63,563 nt of DNA, filler included, from Octopus bimaculoides (GCF_001194135.2; 4 parts of 3 records of this genome joined end to end with filler, not necessarily neighbours in it), one strand, 5' to 3'. Positions 23,275 to 36,994 are shown, counted from the first letter of the whole stretch. A program made the numbers and translations. Notes: generated by a model from the letters alone, not told the origin.

Positions 23275-23524
23275 CCATTGTTATCTTCTTTCTCTTTGAA
23301 AATCAAAGATATATTCACAACAGCAGGACATCTGACCTCTACGACAGTACATATTCTCTCTTGTCTGTCCTAAACAACAGTGTCCAGCTTGTTATGTCTT
23401 TACTTGACAGATGTTTTGATGGGAATGTTCCACCAGTATTCCTTGTACTGGTATTTGCGTGTGTATTCGATAACAGGGGGTTCTCTATATTTATTCCAGG
23501 ATAGTATCCTCTCCAGATGGCATT
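23275..23524 (-). pseudogene. RLE-domain fragment of an R4/Dong-like LINE (CATA-associated family)
   Basis: EYWWNIPIKTSVK*RHNKLDTVV*DRQERICTVVEVRCPAVVNISLIFKEKED (HN.PD...VE..CP...EK pattern); overlaps the protein seen at 53340-53580; 5' flank is (TACA)n. Confidence 0.75.
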
Positions 23525-24125
23525 GTATGTATGTATGTATGTATGTATGTATGTATGCATGTATGTATGTATGTATGTATGTATATATGTATGTACGTTT
23601 GTATGTATGCATGCATGCATGCATGCATGTATTCATGTGCGTACGTTGCATAAATCCATAGACAATAGCCTGTAGATTATTGGGTTAAAAACCCCTTCAA
23701 CAGAAAATGTCAAAAGCAGCATTCAATGTTTTCCCATCAAACGATTCTTTTTAACCCAATATTCTCGGCGCTAATATTAATGAATGAATGTGTGTGCATA
23801 TATATATAAGTGTGTGCATATGTTTGTGCCTATAAATAGGTGTACGCATGGCATCAGCTATCACTCTTCTGATGCAGAGGTGTACCTCTTCAGTATATAT
23901 AATGATATGTTTCATTACTCTTTATACATGTTTGTGTGTTACATGTACATGTGTATGTGTGTGTGTGAGTGTGTGTGTGTGTGTGTGTGCGTGTGTGTTC
24001 ATTCCTGAAAACTGAAACGGAGAAATCCTGAATATCTTGCAACTCTGCATGCATTTCCATATATGTATGTTTATATGTGTGTGCGTGTGTGTGTGTGTGT
24101 GTGTGTGCGTGTGTGCATGTGTGTA

Positions 24126-24172
<47 letters not shown>

Positions 24173-24604
24173 ACGCGCATGTGTCTTTTGTATGTATATA
24201 TGTATGAATGTAAATAAAGCTTACATATAAAATGCAGAACAAACGAGTGGAGGTAGACAAGTGAGGTACCACAATGCACAGAATACAGAAATATGAAACA
24301 AGCAATAACAACGAAAGTGTACGTACAATAAATATGAATGTATACAAAGATAATAAATATACCAAATGAAAGGAATACAAGTTAATCTAACAATTTGGGC
24401 GAATACATCTTTATCAATGTGAAGCAAAAGGAATAAGAGAAGTAGGAGGAAAAGACATGGAAATGAAACTGAATTTATGATACTCGTTTGCAATGGATTG
24501 ATAGTGTGTGTATTCACGTATGTATTAATGTGTGTTGGTGTGTATGTTATGGATGGATATGAGACCCTCCTTTTAGCAACCTTTCATAATCTCTTTTATA
24601 TGCA

Positions 24605-24660
<56 letters not shown>

Positions 24661-25332
24661 NNNNNNNNNNNNNNNNNNNNNNNNNNNNNNNNNNNNNNNN
24701 NNNNNNNNNNNNNNNNNNNNNNNNNNNNNNNNNNNNNNNNNNNNNNNNNNNNNNNNNNNNNNNNNNNNNNNNNNNNNNNNNNNNNNNNNNNNNNNNNNNN
24801 NNNNNNNNNNNNNNNNNNNNNNNNNNNNNNNNNNNNNNNNNNNNNNNNNNNNNNNNNNNNNNNNNNNNNNNNNNNNNNNNNNNNNNNNNNNNNNNNNNNN
24901 NNNNNNNNNNNNNNNNNNNNNNNNNNNNNNNNNNNNNNNNNNNNNNNNNNNNNNNNNNNNNNNNNNNNNNNNNNNNNNNNNNNNNNNNNNNNNNNNNNNN
25001 NNNNNNNNNNNNNNNNNNNNNNNNNNNNNNNNNNNNNNNNNNNNNNNNNNNNNNNNNNNNNNNNNNNNNNNNNNNNNNNNNNNNNNNNNNNNNNNNNNNN
25101 NNNNNNNNNNNNNNNNNNNNNNNNNNNNNNNNNNNNNNNNNNNNNNNNNNNNNNNNNNNNNNNNNNNNNNNNNNNNNNNNNNNNNNNNNNNNNNNNNNNN
25201 NNNNNNNNNNNNNNNNATATATATATATATATATATATATACATGCATATATGTATGGATGTATGTATGTATGTATCACTCACGCATGTACATGCAAGAC
25301 TAGATATATGTTTCACACATCTGTACACACAC

Positions 25333-25370
<38 letters not shown>

Positions 25371-25720
25371 TGAGATATATATAGATATATATACACGCAC
25401 ACGCACACAAACATATGTATGTAAATATTTATATGTAAATATATAAGTATCTGTATATTTCTATATATGTATATGTATGTGATTAGATATATAGGTGTGT
25501 GTTTATATGTCTACTCTATACCATACATATGTTTGTGCATTAGCGAATACTTGTAAAGAGCAAGGGGAAAATGTTTTGCAATATCTTAACTGCTCAACTG
25601 GTTCGGTTAGAAAGTGATTAATAAGAAGGTTTAAGCTGTTTAAAAGAACAGAAATACTAAAATACAATTCTGTAAGCAATATTGAAGCAAGTTAAATGGA
25701 ATGAAAGTAAGATACTATTC

Positions 25721-26520
25721 ATTTTGCCAGAAACAAAAGCTTTTATAGCTTGCAGGTGAGCAAAGGCCAATTCATGAGTTCCATAACTGTAATAATATGG
25801 ATGCTATTAATCCCATAATCTTCTTGGGTCATAGATATATTGCCAAGGTCAGCTATCTGAATCCATTTTCTCAATCAAAAATTTTTGCTTACTAAATAGT
25901 AAATATAGAATTTTCTCCAAGCTGATTGGGATAATAAATAAGCATGAATATTTTTAGAAATGGCCAATTCATTGGTCAGTTCTAAACTTGTATATTATCT
26001 CTAAATCAGCCAAAAATAAAAGAGAAAAGAGAAAGCAGGTATAAATATGTAACATAAATAAGAGTTAATGAAGGAATGGACAAATCACTTCTTGAAATAT
26101 TCATTGTAGTAACAAAATCATTCTCAGTGGATTCAAACAATTCTTTTATTCTTTTGTGAGAATGATTCTAAGCAATGTCTTTTATTTAATTTGAAAAATA
26201 ATTAAGAATTCACAAGGATTTAGAAAACAGCAGACTCTTCAATTATTCAACTGATGTTTGCAACAATTTAAAAAAAAGGTTCTCAAATGAATTTATAAAG
26301 CAAGGTTTTAATTTAAATATGTTTTTAATTATAATTTTAATTGTAATTTTGATTTTCATTTTTCATTGAGAAAATGGATTGAGACACCTAATGTTAATAA
26401 TATTTCTATAACCCAAGAGAATTATGGGATTAAAAAAACATGCATTTCATTAGAATTATCGGTCTCAGGATTTAGCCTTAGTTCAACTACAAGCTCTAAA
26501 TAGTTTTGTTCTGGCAGAAT
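25721..26520. repeat. Old long inverted repeat (arms of about 160 nt), probably a decayed foldback/MITE
   Basis: 25721-25882 aligns to the reverse complement of 26358-26520, including exact AATCCATTTTCTCAAT and TTAATCCCATAAT blocks. Confidence 0.7.
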
Positions 26521-29229
26521 ACAGGAGTATAACAACATAAAACCAAAGATGGTCTTAGGCACGTGAATTTCAACAAGATTAAAATAATGAGTGGCTGTTT
26601 TATCTTCTAAATCTTTCATTTCATAAAAACAAAATTCAAAACCTAGAATGGTCATAGCTATGAATTCTAATTTAATGCATTGATTTTTATCAGCATTTTT
26701 CAGGTTTTAGGTATTCTTTTACAACTAAAAGTTAATAAAACAACCCAAGATCTCACATAAATATATGCACACGCATGTGCACACACATACACACATGCAC
26801 ATGCATAGAGCTCCCACTATAAGCCATTGGAGCATTTCATTGAACTTGTCACTTGGTTGTTGGTTGGCTGATCTGTGATGGTGACTGGTTGAGTTGATGA
26901 ATGAAAATAGGTTTCTTGGTCTGCATGGAGAAGTAACTGAACAACACCTGAGACCATTTAACAGAAGATTTTATTATCACACATAAAGATAAACTGCATT
27001 GACCTTTTACAAGTAAAACCACAATAATTACAGACTGGGGAAGAGATACTGCTTGGAGTTTATGGCAAGCTGTTGACATGGCAGCATGTAGATTATCCAA
27101 TATTGCTGGAAACTATTGAACTATATTTGTGGAGATGGAGGTTCTTGGTGAACTGTTTGAGTCGTGTGCATGGGTTGCCTGGTGTAGTAATGAATGGAAG
27201 CATATCTCACTTGGCTGCCTCAACATTCTGCAAGTAATTACTGCCAAAAGAAGTATTTTATAGGGTGCAAGAGGAAGATTCTAGAAGCTGGATTGGTGCT
27301 GATTGCTTGCTTAATAGACTGATTATGTGAAACCATTGTGGTTTGCACATGACGTCCAACTGCATATCCAGAGATTTCCTTTCAAATCCCTGCTACAAAC
27401 TTTTAAACTCTATTCCTACTGATTAGATACCATTCCAGTTAAGAATCATTATTTAGTGGCCACCACAAAATTGATTGGTAATCTGTGTTTCATGTTTAAA
27501 TCCTGCTGAGGTCGTATTATCCATTGACCTTTTCAAATATTCCAAACTTAGTCCTACCAGCTTGCCAGCCCTTGTCAAACCATCCAACCCATGCCAGTAC
27601 GGACAACGGACATTGAATGATGGTGATGACGACCATTATGATGATGATGAGTATGTGGATTACGAAAAATAAGAATGTTCATTCAGATGCTGAAGAGTAT
27701 TTCTGCTGTTTTTTTTACATTTTTGGGTTCAAATCCTGCCAAACCTACTGCAGTAGTAGACGTAAATTCCATTTGGGTGAACACAACCATTTGGCCTCTT
27801 TGGTTGCCTTTAGAAAAGTCCAACCTGTTGCAAGTATTCAGGTCAGGCTCCCAATTGGAGAATATGCTCACCCCGCCCTAGTTTCAGAGGCCCTGTTTAA
27901 GGATATGGCTGCTCTCTTCCCTTCAAACTAAAAAATAACATTAAAATAGTGAACAGACATGACCTCTTAGTTAAGAAGTTTCATTTAAAGCCATGAAATC
28001 GTTTGTCACATCTTACGGGAGTTGATTACTTTTGCCATAACTTTTGGTCATCCCAAGCCGCGAGCCTTGCAAACTGTGAGGAAGCTTATCACATAAATGG
28101 ACCTGTTTTTTAAATCCTCAATTATAATGTTCATTGAGTCATGTTGATTTGGCCTGAAAATGATATTAAGGGCATGCATGTTGGTTCAATCCTCAGTCAC
28201 TTATATGTTACTGTAATGAGTTGAGAGGTCAGTTGGTCAAATAAATTGGTCAAACAAGTTCATACCCCAATGGAGAAAGGTTCATAACCATATTTACTGC
28301 AAGATAAATTTTGATTCATGGTTCTCTGGAACTCTCCTGAATCAGTGAAGTAAACTTGACATAGTTTATCAATTTGGTACATATAAACAGCTGCTGAATG
28401 CAACCGGTTCATTGCAAGTCAATGAAGGAGCATCTAAGAGGGTGTTTAAGCTTCTAGAAATACCAGCCAAATCTCCCTGATATCGCACGGCACTCTTTCT
28501 CTTCCCCCTCTCACTTCTATAATGAACTCTCCCACTTCAGCGCTGACTGGCTTTGTGTCACCTCACCTTAGGCTTTTCTGTTTCACACAGTCCTTCTCCT
28601 CTCCTCACACTCAATGTTTTTTAAGCCCCCAACGCCTGCTCTTATAACTACAACAATGGTTTTCATCCCAAAATATCAACCCTCAGGCATTACAAACCCC
28701 TACTCATATCTTTCTCACAGTTGTTGAGGGACAAAGTTTCAAGAATTAATGGCATTGACTTTAACAGTCAAAGAGGACCTGTGAAATACATGGGCACTGT
28801 TCATTCTTTCACATGTTGCATATGAAAAAAAAAACACCTGTAATTTATTAAACAATTAAAATTCTTAATTAGACACTGATCATAAATCTAGGAAGGAGAA
28901 TTAATTATTAGAACTGACTGCAGTATTTGATGGGTCCTTTATTTTATTAAACTTAGAATGAGAAAAGTCAAATTAAACAGAGGAGGATTGGAACTCAAAA
29001 TGGAAGGGGCTGTAATTAGATGCCACACAGCATTTTGTCTAACATTCGAAGTATTCCACCAGATGGAGATTTAATCCTTTGTTATATCATAGTTTTTGTG
29101 CTATGACATCAAACTTTTGGTGAGTCACAATGTGTGTTTATCATCAAGTTTGTTTAATAAAATGTCTCTTTATTGTCATTACTGACCAGAGATTGGTTTG
29201 GCACTATGAACCACTCATTACCTTAGTAA

Positions 29230-29870
29230 TGGTGACATCCCTTAGGTATGTTGATAATAATATAATGAACAAGTCGCCAGTGATCTGATTGCTGACGAAT
29301 TACTGTAGATACACGAATCTCTAGGATTTATAACATGTAAGTTTGTGGTGCTTAAGTTATATTTGTGACACATTTATAGAAGAAGAATTTTATTGGAATT
29401 TTAGATTCCAAATTCACCATGCCCATTACATTTTGGCAAATCAACAGGATTAGTTCAACAGACTAACAGTCACTAGCAGAGAATTTGTCCACTTCTGAAT
29501 TCTTCCTCAACAGGCAGACTAATTATATCAACATAGAATTCTTACACTAATTATCCATAGATTTCTTTTTACCATTATTGGAATCAATACACAGATATTA
29601 GTTAAGCTGAACTTGCTACTTATTTGGTAGCACGATAATGATGAGGAATTTTATTTGATGCTTGCGGCGAATTGTATAACTTTGGGGAAATAATTGTTTC
29701 CAGATTTCAGGCAACACATGTAATCTCTTGTTAATTGCTGACAGTTTATTCTAGAGACACATGTACTCTTGGGTGCATTCCAAGCCTTGAAGAATGGCTT
29801 CAACTCCAAATGCCTTAATATCAATAAATCAGAAACAAAAGTATTAATTAGTAACGGAATGAATCAAATG
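29230..29870 (+). mobile_element. Heavily decayed RTE-clade RT fragment
   Basis: LIADS and AFQALKNGFNSKCLNINKSETKVLIS resemble RTE LIAESL.EL..KFQ.WK.GLESKGL.VN..KTKVLIS (about 29730-29850); upstream limit uncertain. Confidence 0.5.
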
Positions 29871-30059
29871 TTCAGTGACATATAACAAGTGGAATCGGTC
29901 AAGTTGTCAGAAGAATAACAGTAAAATGTAGAACTCAATACAGAGTACAAGTTACAACCAGTTCACTGGTAGATTGGTTAGTAACAATACAGGAGAGGCA
30001 CAATGTGTAGATAGCAGTAGAGGTGATTGTGATTTGGTCTTTATCTTCTATGTTGCGTC

Positions 30060-30265
30060 TTCTTGTTTCGGCCATTAGACTCTGGCCATGCTGGGGTAAC
30101 ACTTTGAAAAATTTTAGTCAAATGGATCGAAGCTAGTACTTTTATTTTTTTTTTGAAGCCTTGTACTTATTCTTCTGCCAAACCACCATGTTACAGGGAC
30201 GTAAACACACCAACACCAGTCTTCAGGCAGTGGAGATGGCCAAATGCAGACAGAAACACACACAG
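30060..30265 (-). mobile_element. SINE family A, 3' half
   Basis: cttgtttcggccattagactctggccatgctggggtaac...gggacgtaaacacaccaacacc. Confidence 0.7.
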
Positions 30266-30335
30266 TTTGGCACTGTGGTTGATGTAATCAAGTTTCCCTC
30301 TTAATAATGCTTGCCTTTTGCCCAAACTGAAACCG

Positions 30336-30370
<35 letters not shown>

Positions 30371-30423
<53 letters not shown>

Positions 30424-30434
30424 TATTATTATTA

Positions 30435-30470
<36 letters not shown>
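30371..30470. repeat. (AAT)n(ATT)n spacerless palindrome
   Basis: About 17 AAT units abut about 16 ATT units (one ATC interruption). Confidence 0.9.
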
Positions 30471-30471
<1 letters not shown>

Positions 30472-30688
30472 GCTGGTGAGCTGGCTAAATCGTGAGCACG
30501 CCGGGCGAAATGTTTAGCAGTATTTTGCCTGTTGCTACGTTCTGAGTTCAAATTCTGGTGAGGCTGACTTTGCTTTTCGTACTTTCAGGGTCAATAAATT
30601 AAGTACCAGTGAAACACTGGGGCCAATTGTAATTGACTCATCCCCTCCCCCAAAATATTAGGGCTTGTGCCTATTGTAGAAAAGATTA

Positions 30689-30690
<2 letters not shown>
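30468..30690 (+). mobile_element. SINE family B
   Basis: aagctggtgagctggctaaatcgtgagcacgccgggcgaaatg...gagttcaaattc...aataaattaagtaccag. Confidence 0.8.
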
Positions 30691-30719
<29 letters not shown>

Positions 30720-30720
30720 A

Positions 30721-31000
30721 ATTGCCTTTGCCCAGCTTCTAACGCTGGAGATGTACTACAGTGTCAGCTGTTCACTACCAGTGAACTAAGGTAACACCTC
30801 TTATTTCTCGAGCACCTTCCGGAGTATTTGAGCGGTTCCAAGCAGTGCCATTTTCTGCAAGTGCTCCACCCTTATTGCTGCCCCTATTTGTTCTATATAC
30901 TTTTCAAGATTTTTACTTGCTGTTCCCAGGGCTCCGACAATTATCAGTTCCACTACCATTTTTTCCATCTACCACAACTGCTTTACTTACAAATACACAT
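30721..31000 (-). mobile_element. R4/Dong-like LINE 3' end (RLE C-terminus + 3' UTR)
   Basis: VVELIIVGALGTASKNLEKYIEQIGAAIRVEHLQKMALLGTAQILRKVLEK*, then a short UTR ending in (ATA)n at 30690-30720. Confidence 0.85.
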
Positions 31001-33477
31001 CAGTTGATAACTGGGAACTGCAAACAATGAGCCATTCTTTGACCCAATTCCTCATCTCTCCAAAGGCATGCTGCAATATTGAACGTAACGAGGTATGTCT
31101 CGCATCTCTTGGCTCATATCATAGCTCTCATTTTCTTAGACTATCCATACGGCCACCATACCAATATACATACACACATATATGTAAATATGAATACATA
31201 AGTGTGTGTAAGTGTGTGTGTGTGTTCAAACAGTTTCGTTTTTCTTTGCTATATATAACTGCAGCCTCCGAAGAAATTTATATCATTAACATACAACTAT
31301 ACACACATACACATACACGTATATACACTCTGCTATATATGTATAAATACACACACACACACAAATATGTACACACATATATACATGCTGATTTGTATGT
31401 ATAAATACACACACACATGTGGATATATATACACACATATACATATACATGCTGATATATATGTATAAATACATGCACACACACACATATATATATANNN
31501 NNNNNNNTATGTATAAATACATATGCACACAGATATATATGCACACATGCATACGTGCTGATATATATGTATAAGTACACATGCACACACAGATATATAT
31601 ACACACATATATACATGCTGATATATATATGTATAAATACACACACACACACACACACACACTGATATCCATTGGAAACATTTATTGTAAATACTCACAT
31701 CAATATTATACTGCAAAGAAGAGAAAGCAATATGGATATCTTCTTTCAACCAGTCATTTATAATTTATATTTCTCTTCCTATAATTCTACCAACGCACAC
31801 ACACACACACAAGCACAAACACACAGAACCGCATATGCATTTTGCCTATATATGCAAAAGCTGAAGACATATGTTACTAAATCCCATTATATGTTAATCT
31901 ACAAATCCTATTTTATTATGGTTATTTGTCAGTGAAGCTTATGCAAATATAATTTATATCCTCAAAACGATTTTACAAATCTCCTCTCAAAGAAAAATTT
32001 CTCAGACTGGAACAGCACTCAGATGATTTTTGCATCTCTCAAAGTGTTTGCCACGTCCAAACTAACATGGCAAATATTGTTCCTAAGAGAAGAGATTTTT
32101 TCTTACATGTTTAAAGATTACTTTCTGAGAGATTTCTAGGAATCTTTATAGAATCGAAGTTAATAGATGCAAAAGAGAATCTGGTGGACATAACCACATT
32201 CTTTAGAGTGTTTGGTTTTTCGTTATTAAGGCTCTTTGAGAGAACCAGCAACGTAGCTGAATATTTTATATCCTTTCTGCTGACTCGGCACCACCACCAT
32301 CACCGTCAGCCCCCTACTCTCCTCGTCCTCGTCCTCCTCCCCCTACTCTCCTCCTCCTCCTCCTCCTCCTCCTCCTCATCATCATCATCATAATGTAACA
32401 CCTGTTTTCAATGCTTACATTGGTTGGAGCGTTTGACCGGAGGCTGGTAAAATGGAGAGCTGTATCAAGCTCCAGTTGTCTGTTTGGTGTGGTTTCTGTT
32501 TGCTGGATGTCCTTCCTAATATGCCAACCACTTTGAAGAGCGTACTTTATGTTTCTTTTGCAGGACACCAACACAGGCACTTTACATGTGGCACCAGGAC
32601 AATACACAGAAAATACAACCTACCACAAGGATGCCTCACTTTCTCGTCCACCTCTTATTAGTTAACACAAACACAAATGCAAACTGAGAAATGGAAGAGG
32701 AGGGGGAGGAAGAGGAGGACTAAGAAGAGGAGGTGGTAGCCATATTGCTTTCCAACATCGTCTGTGGATGCTGCGTTTCATCCCTTCAGCAGTATTTTTC
32801 TGACCATCAAAAATGAAGGAGTTTGATCAGCCGGCAGAGGTGCACAGACTCCCAGTCGGAGCCTGTGGTACCTGATGATGGCCTGTGAGTGTGCCACTAG
32901 ATGCCTTGGCCATCAGGGACAGGTCATTTTGACGTCTACTCAGCATGGGGATCCTGCGGGCAAGATCCCTGTATGATGGCTAAGAATAACTAAAAACAAA
33001 ATAGAGACAATATACTGGATATGACAAATAGGTGGTACCACGATCACTTGGAAAAAAATCAATATCAGAAAAGAATTGTGTATCCAATCTGCATACAGCG
33101 CCAAGGATGGACTATGAATTTGATCTTTGGCTGTGGGGCTGATACTTTATTGGTGTTTCAAGTAATTAATCTAGTTTACACAGACACACATATAAACACA
33201 TACATGCATATCATTGCATACAAACACACGAGTATGCGTCTGCGTAGATATTATTGCATTATTGCATCCTTATAACATTTGCATTTTCAATGTGTTCCTC
33301 TAATAAAAGTTATATTGTTTCAGAAAATTCGATTATATCTCAGCTTCTGTTCAATAAACAAAGGATTATGTTTTATGACATCAGGAATATGGGGAGGTTG
33401 TAACATTAATTCCTTTCCTAATAACATTATTTATGTACAGGATGTAATTTCATTCCAGAACTACTACACCAACATGT

Positions 33478-33526
<49 letters not shown>

Positions 33527-33700
33527 GCTACTGCTGCTGCTGCTACTACGGCTACTACTGCTGTTGATGTTGATGATGGTGATGATGTTGCTTTTGTTGG
33601 TGCTGCTGCTGCTTCCACTGCTGCCACTGCTGCTGCTGCTGCTGCTGCTGTCACTGCTGCCACAGTTGCTGCTGCTGATGTTGATGATGGTGATGATGTT
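33478..33700. repeat. Compound (TAC)n/(CTG)n/(GAT)n trinucleotide tract
   Basis: Directly visible; source of the poly-L and poly-A/V ORFs. Confidence 0.9.
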
Positions 33701-34461
33701 GAGAGAGGAAAAAAAATCATTGATATTAAGAGTTTAACCTGATGAAATGACTGGCAGAAAGAATGGTGCGTGTGAGTATGTATGTGGGAATGGAAGTGAG
33801 CACATGTGAATGTGTGTGTGGGTGAGCTTAAAATTATGTGAGCCTGCGTCTAACTATAAGAGAATTAACAATGGAATAATATCAAGAATGTTTTGGAAAG
33901 TCCTTACTAACCGCTTCACGGAACTGCAAAGGAAGATTAAATATAATTTGCCTTCCATACAGAATAACAAACCAAATAGTTTTACTAGCACCAGTCAAAT
34001 TTTAAATGGTAAAGTCTCTAAAGAATGATGAATTACTTCAAGAGTGAAAAAATGGGCTTAAATAACGGTTGCCTCCCTTTCACTGTAAAACGATTTTATC
34101 ATGTTTTGTGTTGTTGTCCATATTAGAATTAAAATCACTCTTCTTATTACAACTAGATTTCTTGTCTCGAATAGTAGATGAAGAATGAGATTGAGCAGAA
34201 TCAATGTAGATAACTTTTTCTTTATACCCTGCATTAACTAAGGCAGAGTTATAAAATTCTGCCTTGTCATTAAAAATGATAGTTTAGACAATCTAACTGA
34301 AATATTATTAGCTAAATTCTTAGTAATTGCTCTAGCGTGATTACTGGATGGACTAATATACTTGAGATTGGTGGTTGGTTTGTCGTATGGGAAATATGAG
34401 TTATTGTGCAAATTAAGTGTAATATCGAAGAAGTTAACTTTAGTTATCTCATCGTCAAAAA

Positions 34462-34504
<43 letters not shown>

Positions 34505-34505
<1 letters not shown>

Positions 34506-34665
34506 GACAGGCTTCTTTCAGTTTCTGTCTAACAAATCCACTTACAAAGATTTGGTCAGCCCGAGGCTATAGTAGAAGACACTTGCCCAAGGTGCGATGC
34601 AGTGGAACTGAACCTGGAACCATGTGGTTGGTAAGCAAGCTACTTCCTACACAGCCAATCCTGTG
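34505..34665 (-). mobile_element. SINE family A, 5' half
   Basis: cgacaggcttctttcagtttc...ggctatagtagaagacacttgcccaagg...ggaaccatgtggttggtaagcaagctactt. Confidence 0.85.
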
Positions 34666-34827
34666 CCTATATATGTATGTATGTTTTTGTGTATAGCACA
34701 AGCACATAACCCAGTGGTTTGTGGGTATGAGGCTCATGTTCATAAATGTTTGGACCAATTCTTGCTTTAGTAACTGTTGCATCCTTGAGCAAGGAACTTA
34801 ATTTCAGGCTGCACTTTCTCTCTCTCT

Positions 34828-34904
<77 letters not shown>

Positions 34905-34929
34905 CAGCTGTCATATCTTAGGTGATCTG

Positions 34930-36440
34930 TTGACTCAAAATTGGGATTGCCGAAAGGATGTCAATGCTTGCTCATGACTATACGGGCACCTAACACAATT
35001 ACTGAAAGCATGGTACATCCTACTAGGTCATATTGCTTGCAAGCAATAGCTAAGGTACGTCACTGTTTGAAAACTGAATTACTGGATAGTTGAATAAACA
35101 TTGGAAAAGTTTTCTATGAACTGTAAATCACAAAACAAGACATGGTTGGTGCATCCACTTTTTTCCATTCTTTGCTGAAGAATTTGTCCTGACCATGTGA
35201 TTATATTTAGTTGGACTGAAGCAGTATGTTCTTCGTTTTTTGAAACACATGCTCATCACTCAATATGAAAATGCTATTAATTAGAAGTGAATTAGAATTA
35301 TTAGCTTTTATTATGATTGATCACCACTTACAATGCCAGAACTCCTTGATCAGGGAAACGTTGCAACAATGAAAGCATTTTATTGCTGTAATATATTATG
35401 TGATATTGCTGAAGACAAAGGCTTATCCCAAACTATCAAATTATTCGGTCAAATACACTTTGTTCATAATCCTTTCAAATCCTCAGCATTAGGTCTTGCA
35501 ATCAGCCTAAAAAGTACAGACATAATGTACTAAATTGTACCAAATAATGCCGATTCTGAGCCAAATCTTCATGTGGATGGACAGAAATTTCTGGTTGGGA
35601 ATAAATTCCAATATCTAGGCCCTATTGTGCACATGATAAATAATCTTGATGATGAAATCTTTCTAATAAAGAAAGCCAGTGAAGCATTTGCAAAATTAGA
35701 AGATGTTTATGGTCACAGCAAGGAATTTCAACTGAGAAAAATTGAAAGGCCTACAATACTTGTTTTGTTTTTGTTGTTGGATGCACGTAAGACATGAGTC
35801 ACTAACTTTTCATCAACCTTGTCTCTGCCATATTCTGGGTGTCCAATGTTGAACGTAAATGATGCTGAAGTCCTCAAACATAGTCAATTAATCAGTGTTG
35901 AGCAATAGTTCTTAACTGGGGGATCTGTTGTTGTTAACATTCATCTCCAATAAATTGGTTATGCTTCTACAAAACACAAAATATTTTAACAATTTTTTTA
36001 CATACAACTCTTAAAAATATCTAATCTATTTAATTATAAAAAAACAATGGGATTTCTTTAACATGGGATCCAGCAAGAGGGAAAAAGGAATCAATAGTGT
36101 CTGTTGGTAAAACATGTTTGAGAAAGAGGTGTGGAGTTTCTTGTATATCGTCAGCGATGAGTGCTTATGCGGTCAGGATGGACGGCATTCGAATCTCTAC
36201 ACAATTTCTTTATTGTGATTTAGATGAGAGTAAAAGAACAGCAGCCAAACCAAAACTATTAATGTATAGGGATTGCATGAAGAATACAATGGAGAAGGTA
36301 AAAGTTTGCGATGATGAAAGGAAAAAATTCACAGTGTATCATGTATCAAGAGGGAAAGCATTGCATGATGGGAGGAAGTATAAAAAGCTCAAGAAAGATG
36401 TTTGCAAAGGGCATGATGTTAATTTGGCTGAGTGTACCTA
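34930..36440 (+). mobile_element. RTE-1/BovB-like LINE, decayed RT and C-terminus
   Basis: EPNLHVDGQKFLVGNKFQYLGPIV....LDDEIF.IKKASEAFAKL (35555-35705) and AVRMDGIRISTQFLYCDLDESKRTAAKPKLL.YRDC.K (36165-36290) match RTE motifs; 5' limit approximate. Confidence 0.75.
35903..36130. mobile_element. Probable hAT-type MITE nested in the RTE
   Basis: caatagttcttaactggggg...aaaacatgtttgagaaa resembles CAGTGGTTCTCAAC/GTTGAGAACCACTG ends; AT-rich block interrupts RTE homology; no TSD confirmed. Confidence 0.4.
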
Positions 36441-36650
36441 AGGCAGTGAGCTACAGAAATGTTAGCATATTGAGCAAGATGCTTAGTGTCATTCCATCCG
36501 TCTTTATGTTCTGAGTTCAAATTTCACCACTGTCGTCTTTACCTTCCATCCTTTCAGGGTTGATAAAATAAATACCAGTTGAGTACGGGGATCGATCTAA
36601 TTGACTTAACCCCTCCCTCAAACTTGCTGGCCTTGTGCCAAGATTTTGAC
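36440..36650 (+). mobile_element. SINE family B
   Basis: aggcagtgagctacagaaatgttagca...ttctgagttcaaattt...accttccatcctttcagggttgataaaataaataccag. Confidence 0.8.
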
Positions 36651-36856
36651 ACCGATTTACTTAGGTGCACACATCCGATTTAAAACGTAACTAGTGTGGT
36701 GATGTTTGTCTAAGTAAGGCAGTTATGAAAGAAGCCACAAACACACAAATGTCATCAATGTTCATGCCTTGTACAGCCTTTCTGCTTGATGAGAGTGGGG
36801 AAATAATGTCTCAGGACTGGAACACCATGTGAAATTTCACCAAAACAATGGAGCAA

Positions 36857-36955
36857 CGTCATCATCATCATTGTCGTCGTTGTTGTCATCATCGTCACTA
36901 TCATCGTCATTGTCATCACCATTATCATCATCATCATCACCATCATCACCACCAC

Positions 36956-36994
<39 letters not shown>

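Noticed and set aside
23400-23470. GGTFP-IKTSVK read as an RT QG motif
   Set aside because: The continuous frame matches the RLE domain (HN.PD...VE..CP...EK) and the 53340-53580 copy better
25731-25755. Micro-exon with AG and GTGAGC borders
   Set aside because: Lies inside the inverted-repeat arm; similar sequence occurs on the opposite strand at about 26490-26515
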